64,000 nt of DNA from an uncultured Gammaproteobacteria bacterium (GTDB lineage: Bacteria; Patescibacteriota; Microgenomatia; Daviesbacterales; UBA10151). The notes below the pieces were generated by a model. The model did no database searches and was not told the DNA's origin. It saw nothing but the letters and a program-made list of their open reading frames with translations. Positions 32,464 through 41,825 of this stretch are shown here, piece after piece; the first letter of the stretch is position 1, and each line of letters opens with the position of its first letter. The position numbers and the translations under genes were made by a program. The DNA is taken from assembly GCA_964504985.1 (NCBI GenBank), contig CAZDFU010000003.1, positions 822 through 64,821 of the forward strand, read 5' to 3'.

Positions 32464-33300
32464 TTAAGATTCCATTTTAACTTCAAGCGGAAATTCATAA
32501 CCCCTTTTTGTTTTAACAAGAACTTTATAAACATTAGTACCTCCAACTGGTCTAAAACGATTCTGTTCTGGACTAGTTCTAGGTTCGATGTCAGAGAATA
32601 ATACTGAAATATCCCTAATATCTTCTGCTTCTATTTTTAATAGCTCATTTGGCTTCAGATTAGTATTAAGGGGATCGTCAAAAACAAAGTAAGTACTTCT
32701 CCAGGTTTCATTACCAGTATTTCCCTCCATTATTGCTCCGATATAATCTGATTTTGAACTGTTGGAGTTATCAATATGCAGGAATACCCGAAAGCTGAAA
32801 AACATATATCTTCCAGCAGAGTAGTTTTGCCAGCTAGTTGTATCTACTTTTAAGGTGACATCAATTGAAGGTTTTGGTTTCTTTTTTTCTGCCCACAATT
32901 TCTCCGAGGATTGCAGATTCCCTAACTCACCATGTTTAAGACACTCCTCAAGTAGAGTATTCATGCAATGGTTGGGTGGTAAATCCCCAATGTAATCTCT
33001 TTTGTTCGAAATTTGGGTATGAAGTGATGAATCCCCCTCATTCCGGAATTCTTGAAGTTTCTTAATGTTTGCTCTTTTAGAATTGTCCCAAGGGTATTGT
33101 GATACAACTTCAGTAAAGGTATTGAATCCCAAAAGAGGCGGTATGGTATCAATAATAGCTCGGAGTAAAGGAGCAGCAACGTATATAGCTTTACTATTCT
33201 TATTTAGGCCTTTTAACTGTTGAATTAATTTCGAATATTCAAAAGGACCCACCTTCTCTTTGAATTTTTGAATAATTCTTAAATCTACATAGCTACTCAT
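32464..33300 (-). CDS. Hypothetical protein (278 aa) immediately upstream of helicase; candidate HamA-like partner
   Basis: Clean ORF co-oriented with helicase and 138-nt gap. No motif recognised by eye. Confidence 0.4.
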   Translation of the reverse strand: MSSYVDLRIIQKFKEKVGPFEYSKLIQQLKGLNKNSKAIYVAAPLLRAIIDTIPPLLGFNTFTEVVSQYPWDNSKRANIKKLQEFRNEGDSSLHTQISNKRDYIGDLPPNHCMNTLLEECLKHGELGNLQSSEKLWAEKKKPKPSIDVTLKVDTTSWQNYSAGRYMFFSFRVFLHIDNSNSSKSDYIGAIMEGNTGNETWRSTYFVFDDPLNTNLKPNELLKIEAEDIRDISVLFSDIEPRTSPEQNRFRPVGGTNVYKVLVKTKRGYEFPLEVKMES

Positions 33301-33589
33301 GCGCTTATTTTACCATTAAGCTGGTTTAGAGAGTGATGTTTTATTAATGCTCTTATCAATTTTAGCAATAAATACCTTTTCTGCAGAGTCACCATTTAAA
33401 CTGGTAACTTTAATTTTAACTTTGCTTCTAGAGCTTTAGATAGGTAGGAAAACGGCACTGTAGAAGAAAAAAGAATAATATTACATGCGATTGGTTTAAG
33501 GCTTATTTTAAAAGATAAAAAACTAGAAATAACACCGAGGTCAATGTTCAAAGAGATACAAATTGCAACTGCTTTAGCTTCAAAAGGTT

Positions 33590-34010
33590 CGATTATTGAG
33601 GCATCTGTCCGGAGGGAAGGATTCCCTTCGACTACGCTCAGGGTAAACTGCTCATCCCTCTGATAATATTCGTCTCGTACGCTCGCATTGAGCGAGCTTG
33701 CGAGCCGAAATGTCCGGAGGGAAGGATTCGCACCTTCGCAGGGAAAACCCGGTAGATTTACAGTCTACTGCAATTGACTACTCTGCCACCTCCGGTATGC
33801 CTTATTATATCTTAGGCAAATTGATTGGACAACTTTTAAAATATACTTCTGCGGACTGTAAGTCCTTGAAGATCCCGGTTGTAACCGGGGATCCGCGATA
33901 AACTTTGTTCATCGGGACTGTAATTAAATTAAAATTTCCCTAGGTGCCTGCTCGCCTCGCTCGACGCGAGTCGAAGCGGGCCTAATCCACCCCCCAGGTG
34001 AACAAAGATA
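33590..34010. ncRNA. Candidate structured non-coding RNA region (unassigned family)
   Basis: ~870-bp gene-free interval. Locally GC-rich in an AT-rich genome. Direct repeat of tgtccggagggaaggattc at 33605 and 33709. Perfect hairpin gctcgc-attga-gcgagc. Contains repeat family 1 variant at its 3' end. Confidence 0.35.
33931..33998 (+). repeat. Short palindromic repeat family 1, copy C (variant with 34-nt GC-rich insertion)
   Basis: aaatttccctaggtg...ccaccccccaggtg. Confidence 0.5.
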
Positions 34011-34174
34011 GCCCTATATACTCCTGATGTTTGGGTATCTTCAAGGCGCCAAACAGCTGTTGATTTAGTTAGGAATCCTTCCATGAAAGTTTTTAAAACT
34101 GTAGCCTCAAAAATCCCCAATAGAGCACTGCAGGCAATCGCTTGAACATTAAAAAACTGTTATAATCCCTTAAT

Positions 34175-36730
34175 ATGACCCATGGTTCATGGAAAGCAAG
34201 AAGAGAGCACCAGAGGCTTTGGAGATTTAAATTTCTTTCCAATCTTTCTACTTTCATGCTGGTTCTTGTGATAGGCTTTCTCCTGCTTCTTTTTGGTACT
34301 GTAGTATTCTTTGCAACTCAAATCCCCTCCCCCCAGGATTTAACTAACAGGTCTGTTGCCTCCTCCACCAAAATTTATGACAGGTCAGGTGAACTTTTAT
34401 ATGATATTTATGCAGACCAAAACAGAACCCCTATAAAACTTTCAGATATTCCAGACCATGTTAAAAAAGCCACCATCTCAATTGAAGATAAAGATTTTTA
34501 TAAACATTCAGGCTTTTCTATTGCAGGCATAGCGAGGTCTTTGTTTGAGCTGGTAGTTCACCGCCGGGTGGAAGGCGGGTCTACCCTGACTCAACAATTG
34601 ATTAAGAATGCCCTGCTTTCAGGGGAAAGGACATTAACCCGGAAATTAAAAGAGTTTATTCTGGCTATCCAGGTTGAAAGAGCCTATTCCAAAGACCAGA
34701 TTTTGGAGATGTATTTGAATGAAATCCCTTATGGTGGCACAGCCTATGGTATAGAAGCAGCATCTAACCTATATTTTGGGAAATCAGCCAAAGATCTTGA
34801 TTTAGCAGAAGCAGCTCTTTTAGCAGGTTTACCACAGCGTCCTTCTGTTTATTCTCCTTATGGAACAAGGCCTGAGTTATCCAGATCCAGGCAAAAAGAA
34901 GTTTTAAGAAGAATGGTTGAAGATGACTATATTACAGAGGCCCAGGCTAAGCAGGCTCAGCAACAGCAGTTAACTTACCGTACCAGCCAGACTGAAAAAG
35001 GTTTTAAAGCTCCTCATTTTGTTTTGTATGTGAAAGAAAAGCTGATAGAACAATTTGGAGATAAGATGGTGGAACAAGGAGGCTTAAGAGTTACTACTAC
35101 CCTGGATTATAAATTGCAACAGGCAGCAGAAGAGATAGTTAAAAAAGAAGTTGAGAATTTAGCCTCTGCCAAAGTTGGTAATGGTGCAGCCGTTGTTATG
35201 AACACTAAAACAGGGGAGATTTTATCTATGATAGGCAGCAAAGACTATTTTGGAGCTTCTCTGCCCGAAGGGTGTACTGAGGGAGATTCCTGTATTTTTG
35301 AGCCAAATGTTAATGTGGCAATCCGCGAAAGACAACCTGGTTCTGCTACCAAGCCTATCAATTATGCCAAGGCTTTGGAAAAGGGTTATACAGCAAGCTA
35401 TGTTTATATGGATGTTAAAACAGAATTTCCAGGCGGTGATAGGCCAAGTTATATACCGGTAAACTATGATGTGCAATTTCATGGACCAGTTCAGATGCGT
35501 TTTGCCCTGGCTAATTCCTATAATATCCCTGCTGTTAAAAACTTAGCTTTAGTTGGGGTAAAAGATGTTTTGGAATTAGGTTACAGGATGGGAGTAACTA
35601 CCTGGGAACCTTCTGAGGAGAATGTTAATTCAGTTGGATTAAGCCTGACTTTGGGAGGAAGAGAGGTCAGGCTTCTGGATTTAACAACTGCTTTTGGGGT
35701 TATGGCCAATAAAGGACGCCAAATTGACCCTATTTCTATTTTGAAAGTTACTGATTCAAAGGGTAAGAATTTGTTTGAATATCACCAGTCTGAGGGACGG
35801 AGGATCCTGGATGAAGGAATTACCTTTATTATTTCTGATATCCTTTCAGATAATGGAGCAAGAACTGCTGCTTTTGGTTCTAACTCTGTTTTAAATATCC
35901 CCGGAAAAGTAGTGGCAGTGAAAACAGGTACAACAGATGAGAAAAGGGATAATTGGACAGTGGGATTTACCCCTTCTGTGGTGGTAGGGGTTTGGGTGGG
36001 AAATAATGATAATTCTGTAATGAGCCCTGCTGTTTCCTCAGGGGTAACAGGCGCTTCCCCTATCTGGAATAAGATTATGAGGGAGGTTTTGAAAGATAAA
36101 CCCAATGAGTCATTTGAGAAACCTTCTAATGTGAATCAAATGGAAATAGATGGTTTAATGGGTGGCAAGCCACATGGAGGATCTCCAGCTAGAAAAGAAT
36201 ATTATATTTCAGGCACAGAACCAAAGGGTGAAGCTCCTGCTTATCAGAGAGGTAAAGTTTGTAAAAATAATCCTCATAGATTAGCAAATGATGGTGAGGA
36301 TGCTGATGAGAAAGATGTGATAGTCCTAAAAGAAAATGATCCAACAGGGGCTAATAAATGGCAAAAAGGTATTGATGATTGGGTTTTAACTGCAGCTGAT
36401 GGCAGGTTAGTTGGGGCTTCCAAAGGTTGTTCTGGAGTTCCTGGGTTCACAGCTGGAAGTGGAGGGGTTATTGAAATTGTTAATATCCCCAATGGGGCTA
36501 ATGTGCCTAGAGTGTTTGATGTTTTAGCCAAAGCCAATTCCCCTGCAGGAGTAAAAAAGGTTGTCTGGCAAATAGATGGAAGCAATAAATCTACTCAAAC
36601 TTCTGAGCCATTTGCCCTGCATGTAGAATTTCCTGAAGGAGACAAGGGCTCCCATACTATTTCAGTTACTTTAGAAGATAACAATGGAGCCTCACATTCC
36701 ACCACAATAGGTGTTTCTCTCAACCTCTAG
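34175..36730 (+). CDS. Bifunctional class A penicillin-binding protein (glycosyltransferase GT51 + transpeptidase) with C-terminal extension
   Basis: N-terminal TM. GT51 motifs ISIEDKDFYKHSGF, GGSTLTQQL, RKLKEF. TPase SATKP (SxxK), SYN, KTGTT. C-terminal ~200 aa extra domain. Confidence 0.9.
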   Translation: MTHGSWKARREHQRLWRFKFLSNLSTFMLVLVIGFLLLLFGTVVFFATQIPSPQDLTNRSVASSTKIYDRSGELLYDIYADQNRTPIKLSDIPDHVKKATISIEDKDFYKHSGFSIAGIARSLFELVVHRRVEGGSTLTQQLIKNALLSGERTLTRKLKEFILAIQVERAYSKDQILEMYLNEIPYGGTAYGIEAASNLYFGKSAKDLDLAEAALLAGLPQRPSVYSPYGTRPELSRSRQKEVLRRMVEDDYITEAQAKQAQQQQLTYRTSQTEKGFKAPHFVLYVKEKLIEQFGDKMVEQGGLRVTTTLDYKLQQAAEEIVKKEVENLASAKVGNGAAVVMNTKTGEILSMIGSKDYFGASLPEGCTEGDSCIFEPNVNVAIRERQPGSATKPINYAKALEKGYTASYVYMDVKTEFPGGDRPSYIPVNYDVQFHGPVQMRFALANSYNIPAVKNLALVGVKDVLELGYRMGVTTWEPSEENVNSVGLSLTLGGREVRLLDLTTAFGVMANKGRQIDPISILKVTDSKGKNLFEYHQSEGRRILDEGITFIISDILSDNGARTAAFGSNSVLNIPGKVVAVKTGTTDEKRDNWTVGFTPSVVVGVWVGNNDNSVMSPAVSSGVTGASPIWNKIMREVLKDKPNESFEKPSNVNQMEIDGLMGGKPHGGSPARKEYYISGTEPKGEAPAYQRGKVCKNNPHRLANDGEDADEKDVIVLKENDPTGANKWQKGIDDWVLTAADGRLVGASKGCSGVPGFTAGSGGVIEIVNIPNGANVPRVFDVLAKANSPAGVKKVVWQIDGSNKSTQTSEPFALHVEFPEGDKGSHTISVTLEDNNGASHSTTIGVSLNL

Positions 36731-36804
36731 ATTTGTAAAATATCTCATAGTATGTTATAATTACCTCTAAGCGGACCCTAATTTAGGGCCTGTATTTTTT
36801 TACT

Positions 36805-37458
36805 ATGATATATCAAACAGTAGCTAAAATTTCTACAGTTGCTTTATTTACTTTAACTCAGTTTAACACCCTTCCTGCCACACCAGAACAGGTATTATCT
36901 TCTCATGAGATATCTTTGGAGAACAGGTATCCTGTAAAATCAGTCAGTGATATTTTCCGTGATAATATCTTGCTGAATTTAGCTTATATGGATGGTAAGG
37001 TTAAAGGGAAAAAAGATATTAACTGGGACGAGATTAAAAAGCCTTTCACTTATCAATTTAGGCTGGAGCCTAATAAAACCTTTGCCTTTCATGAAGATGT
37101 TTCAGATGAGTATAAAGATAAAGTAACTAAAACCACACAGGCTCATTTTAATGCTGAAGAAGGATTTAAAACAGATGGGTATTTATTTGGTGATGGAGTA
37201 TGCCACTTAGCCTCCTTAATATATTGGACAGCCAAAGATGCCAATTTGGATATTAAAGCTCCAACAAACCATGATTTTATGGCTATCCCTGAAATTTCTA
37301 AAGAAAATGGAGTATCTATTTATAGCAACCCCTACTCCAATGGTTCAAATACCCAGCAGAATTTATATGTTACTAATAATAAAACTAAAGTTATTACCTT
37401 TAAATTTGAATATAATGGGGAAAAATTAAAAGCTTCTGTTATAGAAGAAAAGCAATAA
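36805..37458 (+). CDS. VanW-like domain protein (217 aa)
   Basis: N-terminal hydrophobic; GDGVCHLASLIYWTAKDANLDI resembles VanW core GGGVCQVSTTLYNA. Confidence 0.45.
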   Translation: MIYQTVAKISTVALFTLTQFNTLPATPEQVLSSHEISLENRYPVKSVSDIFRDNILLNLAYMDGKVKGKKDINWDEIKKPFTYQFRLEPNKTFAFHEDVSDEYKDKVTKTTQAHFNAEEGFKTDGYLFGDGVCHLASLIYWTAKDANLDIKAPTNHDFMAIPEISKENGVSIYSNPYSNGSNTQQNLYVTNNKTKVITFKFEYNGEKLKASVIEEKQ

Positions 37459-39123
37459 TTAGGTTTCCAAATCAACTTCCATTACTGCCGCCCTTTTTTC
37501 TATCCCTAATTTATTTAAAATTCTTAAATGAACTTCAGCCAAGTGCCCAATTTGTTTTCCATTTTTTTCTAACCTTAAAATCCTTTTAGGGTGAAAAAGT
37601 TCAGTTTGAACCATGCCTCCACCCCCGAGGTGTAAGCTCAAAGTTTTAGCAATATTGGCCAGTTCCTCTATTGGGTTGTCTGTATTATTCATTAAAGCAA
37701 TAGACAAATGATATTTTTCTATTGGTTGTTCCTGCTTTTTTGAGTAAGTTTTCCCTATTTCAAATATCCCAATATCTTTATATCCTTGTCTTATATTTTT
37801 TCCAACTATTTCTACCAGATTAGGCCAAAGATTATCTCTTAAATATTCCGTTTCCTTAGAAATAGGATTAGATATTTTAATTAAGTCCTTTTTATCCTTT
37901 GTTAAACTGGTTAAAATATCAGTAGAATAATATGCATATGTTTGAACCTCAGTCAGCCCTGCCTCATATAGAGCCTGTTTAAGGTTCTGTATAAGCCTAA
38001 AAAAGGGGTTTTGGCGGTGGTCTGGTATATTCACCTCAGCAGGATGTTTGGAGGGGATTTTTTCATATCCATACATTCTGGCTACTTCTTCAATTACATC
38101 TTCCTCGATGTTTATATCCAATCTCCACAGCGGTACTGTAACTTCCCAATTGAGGTTCCCGCTTGACGGGTGGGAAACCATTTTAAAGCCTAAGGATTCT
38201 AAAGAGGATTTTACAATTTGCTCAGGTATTTCTATCCCAATTAAGGAATTAACTTTTTCTTGATTTAAAACAATAGTTTTAGGTTTGTCTTCAAGATTAC
38301 CTGTTAAAGTAAGAGCTGTTAATTTTCCGCCCAGACTTTCATACATCTTTATTGCAGCAGAAAGCGATTGGAGCAAATTTGTTTTTGTTAAGCCATGCTG
38401 GAATCTTTTGGATGCTTCTGAATAAAGTCCCAGCCTTTGGCTGGTTTTTCTTAAGGATATTGGGTCAAAAATAGCTGCTTCCAAAAAAATAGAGGTGGTA
38501 GTCTCTGAAACTTCACTCATTTTTCCTCCCATCACTCCGGCAATTCCAATCGGACCTTTTTCATCTGTAATTAATAAATCGTTTTCAGAAAGCTCCCTGA
38601 TTTTATTATCCAGTGTGGTAATCTTTTCCCCATCTCTAGCAACCCTTACTACTACAGCCCCTTGTACTTTTTCAGCATCAAAAGCATGCATAGGCTGTCC
38701 AAATTCCAGCATACATAAATTAGTTATATCTGCCACATTACTGATAGATCTTATTCCGCAAGACTGAAGTTTTTCATTCCATTCAGAAGGAGAAGGGTTA
38801 ACTTTTAGTTTTTCTATTTTTGCCAGGCAGTATACCGGTGCTAAAGCAGCATCTTCTACTTCAACTGCCACTTCTGAAAGGGTGGGAATTTGCCACTTTT
38901 CCATTGTAAAGTTGACAGGAGAATTTGTAACGGCTGAAATTTCTTTTGCTGCTCCTCTCATAGATAAAAGATCAGCCCGGTTGTAGCCTTTCATATCCAG
39001 TTCAAAATAATCTCTAGAAACTTCTTTTAAGCCAATAGTGCGGAGGGGTAAAAGCCTGATAAGTTCCTCAACAGAAACCTTTAAATCCACCAATTCTTTT
39101 AACCAGTTAATACTTATTTTCAT
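37459..39123 (-). CDS. pheT: Phenylalanyl-tRNA synthetase beta subunit (short form)
   Basis: 554 aa. B3/4 and B5 domain similarity, catalytic-like core; translationally coupled to pheS (overlap). Confidence 0.8.
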   Translation of the reverse strand: MKISINWLKELVDLKVSVEELIRLLPLRTIGLKEVSRDYFELDMKGYNRADLLSMRGAAKEISAVTNSPVNFTMEKWQIPTLSEVAVEVEDAALAPVYCLAKIEKLKVNPSPSEWNEKLQSCGIRSISNVADITNLCMLEFGQPMHAFDAEKVQGAVVVRVARDGEKITTLDNKIRELSENDLLITDEKGPIGIAGVMGGKMSEVSETTTSIFLEAAIFDPISLRKTSQRLGLYSEASKRFQHGLTKTNLLQSLSAAIKMYESLGGKLTALTLTGNLEDKPKTIVLNQEKVNSLIGIEIPEQIVKSSLESLGFKMVSHPSSGNLNWEVTVPLWRLDINIEEDVIEEVARMYGYEKIPSKHPAEVNIPDHRQNPFFRLIQNLKQALYEAGLTEVQTYAYYSTDILTSLTKDKKDLIKISNPISKETEYLRDNLWPNLVEIVGKNIRQGYKDIGIFEIGKTYSKKQEQPIEKYHLSIALMNNTDNPIEELANIAKTLSLHLGGGGMVQTELFHPKRILRLEKNGKQIGHLAEVHLRILNKLGIEKRAAVMEVDLET

Positions 39124-40166
39124 ATTTTTTGCAGGAACCTTAAGTCCCCACTTTTAAACGCACGGATATCTTCTACTCCATATTTGAGCATAGCCATTCT
39201 TTCAGGCCCGGCTCCCCAGGCAATACCAGAATAAACATTGGGATCAATTCCACCATTTTTTAATACAGCAGGGTGAATCATGCCAGCTCCAGCCAGTTCC
39301 AGCCATCCCATTCCTCCACAAACCTTACAGCCCTTACCTTTACAAAAGATGCAAAGCCCATCAACCCCTGCTCCTGGTTCTACAAAAGGGTAATATTTTG
39401 GCCTAAGCCTGGCTTTAATATCCTTACCCAGAATTCCTTGGAAAAAGTACTCAGACAAATATTGTAAATTAGCCATACTGACCCCTTTATCTATATATAT
39501 AATTTCAAACTGATCAAGGGTATGTTCATGCCTGGCATCAACAGCCTCATACCTGAAGCAGCGGTCAATGATCATCATCCTGATTGGAGGTTTAAACTCC
39601 TTCATAATTCTTATCTGAGCATTTGAGGTATGAGTTCTAAGAAGAAGTTCCCCGGGGGTAGATTTAAGGTTGGAAGTATCTATATAAAGTGTATCCCAAA
39701 GGTCTCTGGCAGGGTGGCCTTTGGGAATGTTCAACAGCTCAAAATTATATTCTTCACTGTCTATATGAGGGGCATCATACAAACTAAAACCTAATTTAGC
39801 AAACAACTTAACAATTTCATTTTCCAGCTTGGTAACAGGGTGCAGGTGGCCTTCTCTTTTTTTAGCCTGCAACCTCGAAGGTTGCAGCACAAATGTTTCA
39901 TTTTCCAGCTTTTTATAGCTTTCTTCCCTCAGATCCAGGCGCCCTTTTTCTATGGCTTGTTCCAGCTCTGCTTTGGTTTTATTAAAAAGCGGACCGATTT
40001 TTTTCTTTTCATCAGAGGAGAGTTTGAAAAACTGTTTTGGTAAAAGTGTTATTTCACCTTTTTTTCCAAAAAGCTCCAGAAAAATTTTATCAAGGTCTTT
40101 TAAAGATTTGGCTTGACGGATTTTTTCCAGGACCCCTTTTCCTATTTGCGAAATTTTATCTTCCAT
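39120..40166 (-). CDS. pheS: Phenylalanyl-tRNA synthetase alpha subunit
   Basis: Class II motifs: GHPARDLWDT (motif 1 region), FRYEAVDARHEHTLDQFE (motif 2), GWLELAGAGMIHP (motif 3). Confidence 0.85.
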   Translation of the reverse strand: MEDKISQIGKGVLEKIRQAKSLKDLDKIFLELFGKKGEITLLPKQFFKLSSDEKKKIGPLFNKTKAELEQAIEKGRLDLREESYKKLENETFVLQPSRLQAKKREGHLHPVTKLENEIVKLFAKLGFSLYDAPHIDSEEYNFELLNIPKGHPARDLWDTLYIDTSNLKSTPGELLLRTHTSNAQIRIMKEFKPPIRMMIIDRCFRYEAVDARHEHTLDQFEIIYIDKGVSMANLQYLSEYFFQGILGKDIKARLRPKYYPFVEPGAGVDGLCIFCKGKGCKVCGGMGWLELAGAGMIHPAVLKNGGIDPNVYSGIAWGAGPERMAMLKYGVEDIRAFKSGDLRFLQKI

Positions 40167-40261
40167 ATTGCTTGATTCTAATATATACTTCCGTGGTTTG
40201 TAAGTCCAGGTTTTCTGCTAGTGATTACAATTTTAAAGGAGTTGGGCAAGCCTAAAGAGTA

Positions 40262-40498
40262 TTATTGTATATCTTTAGACTCAATAATAAGCGGTAATCC
40301 TTTTTCTTCAGCCATTTGTCTGGCAGTTTGTAGGAATTCTCCAATTGTTTGTACTTTTTCTGGCCGGGATAAATTCTTAGGGTCTGGTACTATTTCTGTC
40401 CGTATGATTTGATCTACAGTTAAGTTAGCAAAGGGTGGGTTATTGGGGTCTGCGATAACTCTTAAGATGTTAATTATCTTTGATTCTATGTGAGACAT
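40262..40498 (-). CDS. Hypothetical small protein (78 aa)
   Basis: ORF between rplT and pheS in same orientation. Confidence 0.4.
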   Translation of the reverse strand: MSHIESKIINILRVIADPNNPPFANLTVDQIIRTEIVPDPKNLSRPEKVQTIGEFLQTARQMAEEKGLPLIIESKDIQ

Positions 40499-40502
40499 AG
40501 AT

Positions 40503-40850
40503 TTATGTTTTAACCTGGCTAATTATTTGTTTGAAGTCTTCGCTATGATTTACTGCTAGTTCTGCCAGGATCTTGCGATCCAGTTTTATGTTATGAGTCT
40601 TTAGTCCAGAGATAAATTTGGAATAGCTTAAACCTTCTGCCCTTACTGCATTACCTAGTTGAATAATCCAAAGCCTTCTCATATCCCTTTTTCTATTTTT
40701 TCTGCCTGCAAAAGCATATTCTCCAGCATGAAGCAAAGCTGATTTTGCTTCTTTGACCAGCTTGCCTCTGCCACCTCTGAAGCCTTTGGTTAATTTATGT
40801 AATTTTTTATGTCTTCTGTGACTTGTTAGGCCCCTTTTAACTCTTGCCAT
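40503..40850 (-). CDS. rplT: 50S ribosomal protein L20
   Basis: MARVKRGLTSHRRHKKLHKLTKGFRG... Confidence 0.9.
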   Translation of the reverse strand: MARVKRGLTSHRRHKKLHKLTKGFRGGRGKLVKEAKSALLHAGEYAFAGRKNRKRDMRRLWIIQLGNAVRAEGLSYSKFISGLKTHNIKLDRKILAELAVNHSEDFKQIISQVKT

Positions 40851-41001
40851 TGTAATATCCTCCTTTTTTGAAGAAGCTAATTATTTTCCCAAAATATCCT
40901 GATCTGTTAAATCCAGAATAGTTTCTGGGAATAGAATTGCCTTTTTTTGAATTTCCATTTTGCCTAAAATTTCTAGTTTCTCTGCCCATTTTTATAGATC
41001 C

Positions 41002-41199
41002 TTACGCAGGGATTACCTTTCTAAATCTTTTAGCTTCACCTTTAAAGTATTCCACAGTCTTCCTGTGGTTTTTTAAAGCACCCTTACTTTTATTCCTTTT
41101 TAAGTGACCTGCACCTAATTGATGCCTTCTTAAAATTTTACCCTTTGAGGTAATTTTTACTCTTTTTAATATTGATTTATTAGTTTTCTGTTTTGGCAT
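41002..41199 (-). CDS. rpmI: 50S ribosomal protein L35
   Basis: MPKQKTNKSILKRVKITSKGKILRRH. ORF-track upstream extension (to 41232) rejected; ATG at 41199 overlaps infC end. Confidence 0.85.
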   Translation of the reverse strand: MPKQKTNKSILKRVKITSKGKILRRHQLGAGHLKRNKSKGALKNHRKTVEYFKGEAKRFRKVIPA

Positions 41200-41722
41200 C
41201 TTCTTTATTTCCTCCCTTACTTCTTCCAACAATCATTGATAATTTTCTTCCCTCCATTTTAGGGTCCCTGTCTATTGCTACTTTATCCCCCAGTAATGCT
41301 AAGGCCTCCTGTAAAACTTTATAGCCTAATTCCTGGTGAGCCATTTCCCTGCCTTTAAACTTCACTGTCAGCTTGACCTTATACCCTTTTTTTAAAAACT
41401 CTTCTGTCCTAGTTAATCTAACCTTTAAGTCATGCTCATCTATCCTGGGAGAAAGCCATAGTTCTTTAAGCGCTCCTTCTCCGCTGCCTTTTTTAGACCC
41501 TCTTTCTTTTTTATTTTCATCGTATCTGAACTTTTGGAAATTGGCAATTTTGGCAACTGGTGGATTTGCATTTGAGGCAATTTCTATCAAATCCATCTCC
41601 ATCTGTTTTGCTTTTTCCAGGGCATCTACCCTGCTTAAAACTCCCAATTGTTCTCCTTTAGAGTCTATAACTCTTAAATTTGGAGCCTGGATATGTTCGT
41701 TAATACGGTAAAATTTGGCCAA
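41180..41722 (-). CDS. infC: Translation initiation factor IF-3
   Basis: INEHIQAPNLRVIDSKGEQLGV...LIEIASNANPPVAKI...KVKLTVKFKGREMAHQELG. Confidence 0.9.
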   Translation of the reverse strand: MAKFYRINEHIQAPNLRVIDSKGEQLGVLSRVDALEKAKQMEMDLIEIASNANPPVAKIANFQKFRYDENKKERGSKKGSGEGALKELWLSPRIDEHDLKVRLTRTEEFLKKGYKVKLTVKFKGREMAHQELGYKVLQEALALLGDKVAIDRDPKMEGRKLSMIVGRSKGGNKEDAKTEN

Positions 41723-41825
41723 GTATAAACAAAAACCCCTCCTTAGGTTTCAAAAAATTTTAACACAACTTTGATTTAGATTCAATGGTTGGACTAATAA
41801 CTGTTTAGTATTTCCTGCTAAACTG

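Noticed and set aside
33590-34010. Assigning the GC-rich element to tmRNA, RNase P or SRP RNA
   Set aside because: Found only partial motif resemblance (GUCCGGAGGGAAGG vs SRP helix 8; GAAAACCCGG vs RNase P CR-V). No acceptor/T-arm with CCA for tmRNA and no room for RNase P S-domain between P4-like strands. Left as unassigned pending covariance-model search.
33698-34120. ORFs 33698..33901(+) and 33929..34120(-) in the GC-rich interval
   Set aside because: Composition and repeat/hairpin content indicate RNA or structural DNA rather than protein. Translations are Arg/Gly/Ser-rich, typical of GC-rich non-coding sequence.
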